DNA of 64,000 nucleotides, from assembly GCA_963823435.1 (NCBI GenBank), contig CAWGLN010000001.1:138365-202364 (forward strand). The letters run 5' to 3'. The stretch comes from an uncultured Gammaproteobacteria bacterium (GTDB taxonomy: Bacteria > Pseudomonadota > Gammaproteobacteria > Steroidobacterales > BM003). The position numbers were made by a program, and so were the translations under genes. The notes under the pieces are model-generated. The model had not been told where the DNA came from. It saw nothing but the letters and a program-made list of their open reading frames with translations, and did no database searches. Position 1 is the stretch's first letter; every line of letters begins with the position of its first letter. This document shows, piece after piece, positions 32,089 to 40,018 of this stretch.

Positions 32089-33930
32089 ATGATTGAACTG
32101 ACTGAAATTCTCGACTTTTTCCTGGCCCACCCGCCATTTGACCAATTGCAGCGCGAGCAACTCAGGGAATGTCTGCGTGGGCTGCAAGCCGAATATTTTC
32201 CCAAAGGCGGTCAGATTCTGGAAATAGGGCAGGAAAATCACTTGCTGCACATCGTGCGCAGTGGCGCGGTGGAACTTCACGACAGTGACAATAGCCTGGT
32301 CGCCCGAATGAGTGAGGGCGAATCCTTCGGTTATATCTCGTCTGCTCAGCGGAAAACCGGTACGCTACCGCGCCGTGGCGGCCGAAGACGCGTTGATCTT
32401 CCACCTGCCAGCCGATTCGTTCGGGCAATTGAGGCGGGCGGCGCCTTCACTGGATCACTTTTTTACCGAGGCGTTTGCCGAAAGACTGAACATGGCGATC
32501 CGGGACAAGGGACCGGAGTGAGCTTGCCGCAACACGGCTTGGCGACCTGGCCCGGCGTGAATTGGTGCAAATGGACAGTGCCTCCTCGGTCGCGGACGTG
32601 GCCGCAATCATGACCGAGAAAGGCGTTTCTTCAATCTTGCTGAGCGAAGGTGGTGCCGTTGCCGGCATCCTGACCGACAAGGATCTGAGGCGACGGGTTG
32701 TTGCCACCCGCCTGCCCTACGACACGCCGGTGCGGGACATCATGACCCACGACCCGGTAATCGCCAGCCACGACTCCAACGTGGCCGAAGCGCTGCTGAT
32801 CATGATGCAGAGAAACATCCATCACCTTCCGGTGCTTCGGGACAAGGTACCTGTCGGCATGCTCACGCTTGCCGATCTGCTGCGCGCAGAAGCGGAACAC
32901 CCCATTTATATGGCCGGCGACATCCTCAAACAAGGCGACGCCGAAAGTATCGCCAGGGTGAGCAAGCGCCTGCCTGAACTGATTCAGAGAATGATCGGCG
33001 CGGACGCCACGGCCGACCAGATCGGCAAGGTCGTTACCACCGTGACCGATGCCATCACCAAGCGATTGATCCAACTGGCAATCACTGAAACTCGGCCCAC
33101 CACCGGTAAAATTCGCCTGGCTGGCACTGGGGTCCCAGGGTCGCCAGGAGCAGTCAGCAAAATCTGACCAGGACAACGCCTTGCTGCTGGATGATTCCTT
33201 CCTGCCTGAACACGATGCCTACTTTGAACAGCTCGGCAAGTTCGTCTCTGACGGACTGGATGCTTGTGGCTACGTATATTGTCCGGGCGATGTGATGGCC
33301 TCCAACACGCGGTGGCGACAACCCCTTAAAGTGTGGAAAGGCTACTTCAGACGCTGGATAGCAGAACCCGAGCCCAAGGCACTCATGTACGCCAATATAT
33401 TCTTCGATCTCAGGATCGTTGAAGGCCATGACGCACTGGTAAAGGAACTCAAGGAACATATCGCCGACCTGGCGCGCAAAAATCATTTCTTCCTGGCAAT
33501 GATGGCCAAGAATGCCATGGCATTTCAGCCTCCCCTTGGCTTTTTCCGCCAATTCGTTCTGGAAAAGGGTGGCGGACACGGTGATTCCCTGGATCTGAAG
33601 CACCGGGGCGTCATACCGATAGTGGAATTGGCCCGTATCTATTCCCTGGCGGGCGGTGAGGTCCGGGTCAACAGCCGACGCAGGCTTCGGGCCGCCGTAT
33701 TGACTGGCCAGATTACCGAGGGCACGGGCCGTAGTCTGGAAGACGCGCTGGAACTGATAGACTACGTTCGCATGAACCACCAATGGGAAGAAATGAAAAA
33801 CGGTCTGCCACCGAGCAACTATGTCCCGCCGAGCTTCCTGTCTCCCTTGCAGCGACAACACCTGAAGGCCGCCTTCAATGTGGTACGCACCGCCCAGGCT
33901 GCACTGTTGAACCGGTTTGGGTTGAACTAG
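32089..33930 (+). pseudogene. cNMP-binding / tandem CBS / DUF294 nucleotidyltransferase-domain protein, three apparent +1 indels near 32341, 32510 and 33090
   Basis: Four consecutive ORF pieces in frames 1, 2, 0, 1 read as one protein. They are the cNMP-binding domain (32089.. and 32312..32521), CBS pairs (32562..33167: VSSILLSEGGAVAGILTDKDLRRRV, NIHHLPVLRD), and DUF294 (GPPPVKFAWLALGSQGRQEQSAKSDQDNALLLDD... through 33181..33930). Confidence 0.82.
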
Positions 33931-34104
33931 GGAGCCTCTGATCTATTCATGAACCTGTATCTTGCGTCTAAAAGCCCCAGCTTCTGCGTTGCCAATCTTC
34001 GAAGTAGCCAATCTTCCAGTACCACTACTACGTGTGATTGGCGCCTTGAATCTGGCTCTTTCGCTCGCAATCTGCTAAGCCCAGAATAAATCAGAGACCC
34101 CCCA
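33928..34104. repeat. MITE-like imperfect-palindromic element, copy R2 (inverted relative to R1)
   Basis: The first ~82 nt match the reverse complement of the R1 right half with about a dozen mismatches: ctagggagcctctgatct...ttgccaatcttcg. The shared core is attggcgccttgaa. Its first three bases (TAG, 33928-33930) are the stop codon of the DUF294 gene. Confidence 0.8.
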
Positions 34105-34116
34105 GGAAGTACATCC

Positions 34117-34808
34117 TTGCTCCGATCGTTTATTGACAGACTGGCCAGGAAGCGGCTTTTAGCCAGCGCAAACTGGGAGCCCATGCGCGGGTTCCTGCTT
34201 TCAGAACCGCCTGACCGCCAGCGGTTCTGGAGGGACGTGGAACTGCTTGTCGCGGACCTCGAAACCACCGGACTGGATGCCAGGCAGAACCACATTGTCA
34301 GTTTTGGCTGGGTACTTATTTCAGGAGGCCGGATACATCTGGACCAGGCGCAACATATCGTGGTCCGATCAGGCACACCAATGAATCAAAGCGCCACCAT
34401 CCATGGTATTTTTGACAGCCACGTGGCCCAGGGAGTGACCATGGAATCGGCCCTGGCTGAACTTCTGGATCAGCTTCGTGGCAGGGTCCTGGTGCTGCAC
34501 CATGCCCCGCTGGACCAGGCTTTTCTAAACCAGGCCTGCATCCAGGTCTGCGGCCAGAAACTGGTGACGCCGATAATCGACACCATGGCCCTGGAGAAAG
34601 ACCCGGTTGGATCGACGTGACCAGCCGATCCAGCCAGGAATGCTGCAGGCTTGGCGCCGTGCGCGAACGCTATGGACTCGGCCCGATACGGGCGCACAAC
34701 GCCTTGACCGATGCCTTGGCAACGGCGGAATTGTTGCTGGCGATAATTGCCCATTCCGAAAGGGGCGGAGAACCTCTTCGATTGAAACACTTGCTTGCGC
34801 GTATTTGA
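34117..34808 (+). pseudogene. DEDDh 3'-5' exonuclease (DnaQ/epsilon-like), two apparent +1 indels near 34603 and 34646
   Basis: Exo I is VADLETTGLD and Exo II is HHAPLDQAFL, both in ORF 34117..34620. LDRRDQPIQPGML lies in frame 2. Exo III (AHNALTDALATAELL) lies in ORF 34617..34808. Confidence 0.8.
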
Positions 34809-34828
34809 GGACGCGCAAGCCTGACATT

Positions 34829-34988
34829 CCGGGAAGCCTCTGATCTTGCCCGGACTAAGTAGCTTGCTGGCAAACCGCAATTTTGAGGGGCCAATCTTAA
34901 GTGCCGGAGCCGGCTCGCCAGGACCGGCAAGATAGAAGCCCGGTCTATGTCGCAAGACACATTCATGACCGAATCAGAATCTCCCTAG
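34829..34988. repeat. MITE-like imperfect-palindromic element, copy R3 (same orientation as R1)
   Basis: gggaagcctctgatcttg...aagtagcttgctggc...ttcatgaccgaatcagaatctccctag aligns with R1 end to end. Its terminal CTA (34985-34987) is the stop codon (TAG) of the minus-strand KKAPA gene. Confidence 0.75.
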
Positions 34989-35584
34989 CGCTTCCTGCCG
35001 GCTTTTTTCTTGGCCGGAGCCTTCTTGGCCGGAGCCTTCTTGGCCGGGGCCTTCTTGGCCGGGGCCTTCTTGGCCGGGGCCTTCTTGGCTGGGGCCTTCT
35101 TGGCCGGGGCCTTCTTGGCCGGGGCCTTCTTGGCCGGAGCCTTCTTGGCCGGGGCCTTCTTGGCCGGGGCCTTCTTGGCCGGGGCCTTCTTGGCCGGAGC
35201 CTTCTTGGCCGGAGCCTTCTTGGCCGGAGCCTTCTTGGCCGGGGCCTTCTTGGCCGGAGCCTTCTTGGCCGGAGCCTTCTTGGCCGGGGCCTTCTTGGCC
35301 GGAGCCTTCTTGGCCGGGGCCTTCTTGGCCGGAGCCTTCTTGGCCGGGGCCTTCTTGGCCGGGGCCTTCTTGGCCGGAGCCTTCTTGGCTGGAGCCTTCT
35401 TGGCTGGAGCCTTCTTGGCCGGGGCCTTCTTGGCCGGGGCCTTCTTGGCTGGAGCCTTCTTGGCTGGAGCCTTCTTGGCTGGAGCCTTCTTGGCCGGGGC
35501 CTTCTTGGCCGGAGCCTTCTTGGCGGGCAAGGCCGGAACTTCTGCTTCCGACTCCTTTGCCACTTCCTCGATATCCAGACCCAC
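34985..35584 (-). CDS. Lys/Ala/Pro-rich (KKAPA)n histone H1 / AlgP-like basic protein; start uncertain (GTG at 35584 proposed; could instead be a C-terminal extension of adk)
   Basis: The minus-strand frame reads ...[21 protein letters not shown](KKAPA)x~35 KKKAGRKR*. All nucleotide variation among the repeat units is synonymous in this frame only. No ATG lies downstream of the adk stop. The GTG at 35584 is in frame, with AAGG 5 nt upstream. Confidence 0.6.
   Translation of the reverse strand: MGLDIEEVAKESEAEVPALPAKKAPAKKAPAKKAPAKKAPAKKAPAKKAPAKKAPAKKAPAKKAPAKKAPAKKAPAKKAPAKKAPAKKAPAKKAPAKKAPAKKAPAKKAPAKKAPAKKAPAKKAPAKKAPAKKAPAKKAPAKKAPAKKAPAKKAPAKKAPAKKAPAKKAPAKKAPAKKAPAKKAPAKKAPAKKKAGRKR
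35011..35520. repeat. Tandem repeat: 34 exact-length 15-bp units (tggcYggRgccttct), plus degenerate units on each side
   Basis: Counted directly: 16 units c/G, 12 c/A, 5 t/A and 1 t/G. Only two positions per unit vary. All three plus-strand frames are also open, which produces the LLGRG and AGAFL shadow ORFs. Confidence 0.97.
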
Positions 35585-35627
35585 CGCTGCCTTGAGGGCC
35601 TTTTCTGCCTGCAGGCGCGCCTCAGAT

Positions 35628-36281
35628 TCAGCCAGGGCCGCCTTCAGACTCTTCTGCAGATCGCTTGAAAACGACCTCGGAATCACCCACGGCATCCACG
35701 GTATAAAGAATGCCCTGCTCACTGTAGTAGTCAACCAAAGGTCGCGTCTGACTTTCATAGACCTTGAGACGATTCTCGATGGTGGCCTCGGTGTCGTCCG
35801 CGCGCCGATGCAGGCGCCTGCCACATTTGTCGCAGACATTCTCCAGGATGGGCGGCGAGGTGTAGTAATTGAACACTGCCCCGCAACTACCACAACTCAA
35901 CCTGCCGGTCAGCCTTTGCATCAGGATATCGCTGTCCAGATCCATCAACAGCGTTGCCTGCAAAGGCAGACCGATCTGCTCCAGCATCCCGTGGAGGGCA
36001 CGGGCCTGGGCCAGGTTCCTGGGAAAACCATCCAGGATAAATCCCTTGCTGGCGTCTGGCTGCCGTAGCCTTTCCTCAATTATGCCCAGCACCAACTGGT
36101 CGCTGACCAATTGACCCGCGTCCATGGTGGTCTTGGCCTGGAGACCCAGTTCCGACCCTGAGGCTACCGCCTCGCGCAGCAAATCACCCGTGGAAATCTG
36201 GGGAATGGCATATTTTGTAACCAGTTTCTGAGACTGGGTACCCTTTCCAGAGCCCGGGGCACCAAGCATGACGATTCTCAT
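35628..36281 (-). CDS. adk: Adenylate kinase (last 13 codons as written are atypical; see findings)
   Basis: [16 protein letters not shown] (P-loop), [10 protein letters not shown], and a LID with CGSCG...CDKCG (Zn-type). The annotated frame ends [13 protein letters not shown]. The +1 frame instead encodes the Adk-like C-terminal helix [12 protein letters not shown]. Confidence 0.9.
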   Translation of the reverse strand: MRIVMLGAPGSGKGTQSQKLVTKYAIPQISTGDLLREAVASGSELGLQAKTTMDAGQLVSDQLVLGIIEERLRQPDASKGFILDGFPRNLAQARALHGMLEQIGLPLQATLLMDLDSDILMQRLTGRLSCGSCGAVFNYYTSPPILENVCDKCGRRLHRRADDTEATIENRLKVYESQTRPLVDYYSEQGILYTVDAVGDSEVVFKRSAEESEGGPG

Positions 36282-36475
36282 GGCAACATTCCTGAGGTAG
36301 ATGTAAGTGTGGGGCGTGCAGCCAATTCCACTCGCCCGTAGCAGGGGCTAACCTACATCCAGCACTTGCCAGCGTCAATTCACAAATGGTGTGAACCCTC
36401 GTTTCAGATCGGCTATGCTTTCCGTCGCAATGGGTACCCAGACCCCCTTTACGTGGAACTGGCAAGGAAACCAAA

Positions 36476-37738
36476 ATGTCTCGAAAAAATGCTTTTTACG
36501 CCCAATCCGGCGGTGTCACCGCTGTTATCAACGCCTCCGCCTGCGGTCTGATCGAAACAGCCCGCAAAAACCGCGACCGCATCGGCAAGGTTTACGCCGG
36601 ACGCGACGGCATTATCGGGGCTCTCACCGAGGACCTGATTGATACCAGCAAGGAAAGCGCCCGGGATATAGCCGCTCTCAAACACACGCCGGGTGGCGCA
36701 TTTGGTTCATGCCGGTACAAGCTCAAGGGTCTGGAGGAGAATCGTGCCCAGTACGAGCGTCTTATTGAGGTCTTTAAGGCCCACGATATCGGTTATTTTT
36801 TCTATAACGGCGGCAACGACTCCATGGACACCGCCCACAAGATATCCCAGATCGGCAAGACCCTGGGTTATCCCATAATCTGTGTGGGTATTCCGAAAAC
36901 CGTCGATAATGACCTGCCGATCACCGATAACTGCCCGGGTTTCGGCTCGGTGGCCAAGTACATTGCCGTCTCTACCAAGGAAGCAGCCATGGACGTATTG
37001 TCCATGTCCCGGACCTCCACCAAGGTATTCGTGCTCGAGGTCATGGGCAGGCATGCGGGCTGGATCGCTGCCGCAGGCGGTCTGGCAGCCGAGGGGCCTG
37101 GCGATGCGCCACATATCATCCTGTTTCCCGAGGTGGCCTTCGACCAGGAGGCCTTCCTGGCCAAGGTGAAGAACACCGTGGAAACCCGAAGCTACTGCGT
37201 GGTCGTAGTCTCCGAGGGTGCCCGCTACGCCGACGGTCGCTTCCTGGCCGATGCAGGAAGCAGAGACGCCTTCGGTCATGTGCAGCTGGGTGGCGTGGCG
37301 CCGGTGGTTGCCCAGATGGTCCGGGACAAGCTCGGCTACAAGTACCACTACGCGGTGGCCGATTACCTGCAGCGCTCGGCCCGCCATATTGCCTCCCAGG
37401 TGGACCTGGAGCAGGCTTATGCCGTGGGTGAGGCGGCTGTGAAACTTGCCCTGGCGGGCAAGAATGCAGTGATGCCCATCATCGTTCGCAAAGCAGAAAA
37501 CCCTTATCGCTGGGGTATTGGCGAGGCCAAACTGGCCCGCGTGGCCAACAAGGAAAAAACCCTGCCCAGGCGCTTTATCACCCGGGACGGCTTCGGAATT
37601 ACCGCAGCCGCACGCCGCTACCTGGAGCCCTTGATCGTGGGCGAAGCCTATCCGCCATACAAGAACGGTACTCCCAGCTATGTGCGTCTGAAAAATCTGC
37701 CTGTCGCCAAAAAGCTCGGGACCGACTTCGTGGTATAG
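36476..37738 (+). CDS. pfp: Pyrophosphate-dependent 6-phosphofructokinase (PPi-PFK)
   Basis: 420-aa PfkA-family ORF. It has GGNDS in place of the GGDGS of ATP-PFK, and PKTVDNDL in place of PGTIDND. This puts Asp and Lys at the two positions (E. coli 104 and 124) that are diagnostic for PPi use. It is adjacent to an H+-PPase. Confidence 0.8.
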   Translation: MSRKNAFYAQSGGVTAVINASACGLIETARKNRDRIGKVYAGRDGIIGALTEDLIDTSKESARDIAALKHTPGGAFGSCRYKLKGLEENRAQYERLIEVFKAHDIGYFFYNGGNDSMDTAHKISQIGKTLGYPIICVGIPKTVDNDLPITDNCPGFGSVAKYIAVSTKEAAMDVLSMSRTSTKVFVLEVMGRHAGWIAAAGGLAAEGPGDAPHIILFPEVAFDQEAFLAKVKNTVETRSYCVVVVSEGARYADGRFLADAGSRDAFGHVQLGGVAPVVAQMVRDKLGYKYHYAVADYLQRSARHIASQVDLEQAYAVGEAAVKLALAGKNAVMPIIVRKAENPYRWGIGEAKLARVANKEKTLPRRFITRDGFGITAAARRYLEPLIVGEAYPPYKNGTPSYVRLKNLPVAKKLGTDFVV

Positions 37739-37950
37739 TGCCGTGCTTTTGAAATAGCGGCCCATAAACACGGGCTTCCGGCACCAACAATGCCCACCCG
37801 GGCCCCTTTCTTGGGCGGACCGGGTAAGGCCGACAGGATTTTGCGGATACCCGTCATATTAATAAGGCCCGGGATACTGCAACATGAGCACCCGGTCACT
37901 GCCTGAGTAAGGCGGTAACCGGATACATTTTTAACTTGGGAGGGAGAAGC

Positions 37951-39969
37951 ATGTCACAGCAGACGGCGCTAATGTTGGCGTTGGGTGCATCCATACTCGC
38001 GGTAGTCTACGGACTGTTTTCCGCACAATGGATTCTCGGCAAAAGTGCGGGCAATGAGCGTATGCAGGAGATCGCGGGAGCGATTCAGGAAGGCGCCAAT
38101 GCCTATATGAATCGCCAATACACCACGATCGGCATAGTGGGCGTTGTTCTTTTCGCGGTCCTGGCGGTATTCCTGCCCAGCATCTGGACCGCCATCGGAT
38201 TCGCCATAGGCGCGATCTTCTCCGCCCTGGCCGGCTATGTCGGCATGTTTGTGTCCGTTCGCGCCAATGTGCGTACGGCCGAAGCAGCCAGGGAAGGCCT
38301 GAGTCCGGCCCTGCTGGTCGCTTTCCGCGGCGGCGCCATCACCGGCATGCTCGTGGTTGGCCTGGGTCTGATGGGCGTGGCCGGCTACTACTGGCTGATG
38401 ATTAGCCAGGGAGTTGCGCACCCGGTAGAGGCCCTGGTTGGCCTGGCTTTTGGCGGCTCCCTGATTTCCATTTTCGCCCGATTGGGTGGCGGCATCTTCA
38501 CCAAGGGCGCCGACGTGGGCGCTGACCTGGTGGGTAAGGTCGAAGCCGGTATTCCCGAGGACGATCCGCGCAACCCGGGCGTCATCGCGGACAACGTGGG
38601 CGACAACGTGGGTGACTGCGCCGGCATGGCTGCCGACCTGTTTGAGACCTATGCGGTGACCCTGATCGCCACGATGCTGCTTGGCGGACTGATGATTAAC
38701 GAGATTGGCCCCAATGCGATAATCTACCCGATCGTGCTGGGCGCCGTGTCCATCGTGGCCTCGGTCATAGGCACCTTCTTCGTACGTGCCAGCGAGGGCG
38801 GCAAGATCATGACGGCCCTGTACAAGGGCGTCTTTGTTTCCGGCATCCTGGCGGCCATAGCCTTCTATCCCGTGACCAATACGCTGATGGCGGAAGGCGG
38901 TCAGGCCATGGACCTCTACTGGGCGGCCCTGATTGGCCTGGCCCTGACCGCGGCCATGGTGGTTATCACCGAGTACTACACCGGCACCGAGTACAGCCCG
39001 GTGAAGAAAATCGCTGAAGCCTCCCTGACCGGTGATGCCACCAACATCATTGCCGGCCTGGGCGTGTCCATGAAATCCACTGCCCTGCCGGTAATCGCGG
39101 TGTGTATGTCCATCTGGGGCGCCTACGAACTGGCTGGCCTGTATGGCATCGCAGTTGCTGCCACCTCCATGCTGTCCATGACCGGTATGATCGTGGCCCT
39201 GGACGCCTTCGGCCCCATCACCGACAACGCCGGTGGCATCGCTGAAATGGCAGAGCTTCCGGCGGACGTACGTAACGTCACCGACGCGCTGGACGCAGTG
39301 GGTAACACCACCAAGGCCGTGACCAAGGGCTACGCCATCGGCTCGGCGGGACTGGCTGCACTGGTGCTGTTTGCTGACTACACGCACACCCTGGAAAAAG
39401 GCGGTCATGCCGACCTGTCCTTTGACCTGTCCAACCCCTCGGTGATCATCGGCCTGTTTATCGGCGGCATGGTGCCCTACCTGTTCGGCGCCATGGCGAT
39501 GGAAGCGGTAGGTCGTGCGGCCGGCTCGGTGGTGACCGAAGTTCGCCGCCAGTTCCGTGAAATCCCGGGCATCATGGAAGGCACCACCAGGCCCGACTAC
39601 TCCCGTGCGGTGGACTTGCTGACCCGTTCGGCGATCAAGGAAATGATCGTGCCTTCGCTGCTGCCCTTGTTGGTACCGGTAGTTGTCGGCCTCTTGCTTG
39701 GCCCGGTAGCACTGGGTGGTCTGCTCATGGGTACCATCGTCACCGGTTTGTTCGTGGCCATATCCATGACCACCGGTGGTGGCGCCTGGGATAACGCCAA
39801 AAAGTATATTGAGGATGGCAACTGTGGCGGCAAGGGTTCCGATGCCCACAAGGCCGCTGTTACCGGTGACACCGTGGGAGACCCCTACAAGGACACCGCC
39901 GGTCCGGCCATCAACCCGTTGATCAAGATCATCAACATTGTGGCCCTGCTGATCATCCCCCTGCTCTAG
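37951..39969 (+). CDS. hppA: Membrane-bound proton-translocating pyrophosphatase
   Basis: ORF 37936..39969. The ATG at 37951 has a GGGAGGGAG Shine-Dalgarno. It has the H+-PPase motifs [48 protein letters not shown] and [13 protein letters not shown]. Confidence 0.95.
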   Translation: MSQQTALMLALGASILAVVYGLFSAQWILGKSAGNERMQEIAGAIQEGANAYMNRQYTTIGIVGVVLFAVLAVFLPSIWTAIGFAIGAIFSALAGYVGMFVSVRANVRTAEAAREGLSPALLVAFRGGAITGMLVVGLGLMGVAGYYWLMISQGVAHPVEALVGLAFGGSLISIFARLGGGIFTKGADVGADLVGKVEAGIPEDDPRNPGVIADNVGDNVGDCAGMAADLFETYAVTLIATMLLGGLMINEIGPNAIIYPIVLGAVSIVASVIGTFFVRASEGGKIMTALYKGVFVSGILAAIAFYPVTNTLMAEGGQAMDLYWAALIGLALTAAMVVITEYYTGTEYSPVKKIAEASLTGDATNIIAGLGVSMKSTALPVIAVCMSIWGAYELAGLYGIAVAATSMLSMTGMIVALDAFGPITDNAGGIAEMAELPADVRNVTDALDAVGNTTKAVTKGYAIGSAGLAALVLFADYTHTLEKGGHADLSFDLSNPSVIIGLFIGGMVPYLFGAMAMEAVGRAAGSVVTEVRRQFREIPGIMEGTTRPDYSRAVDLLTRSAIKEMIVPSLLPLLVPVVVGLLLGPVALGGLLMGTIVTGLFVAISMTTGGGAWDNAKKYIEDGNCGGKGSDAHKAAVTGDTVGDPYKDTAGPAINPLIKIINIVALLIIPLL

Positions 39970-39984
39970 GACGGGATGGCACGG

Positions 39985-40018
39985 CAAAAAACGCCGCCCT
40001 CGGGCGGCGTTTTTTTTG
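39985..40018. terminator. Rho-independent terminator after hppA (flanked by A and T tracts, potentially bidirectional)
   Basis: aaaaaacgccgcc-ctcg-ggcggcgtttttttt: an 8-bp GC stem with a 4-nt loop and a run of 8 T. Confidence 0.8.

Noticed and set aside
35011-35520. Possible CRISPR array, given the regular short repeats
   Set aside because: The units are contiguous 15-mers with no spacers. There are no cas genes in the window, and the array is clearly coding.
34901-36068. Long plus-strand ORFs through the tandem array (34901..35668, LLGRG repeats; 35010..36068, AGAFL repeats)
   Set aside because: They are mirror frames of the 15-bp repeat, which is open in every frame. In these frames the unit-to-unit nucleotide differences change the amino acid (G/S, R/W, A/G). 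In the minus-strand KKAPA frame they are all silent. The 3' part of 35010..36068 is also antisense to adk.
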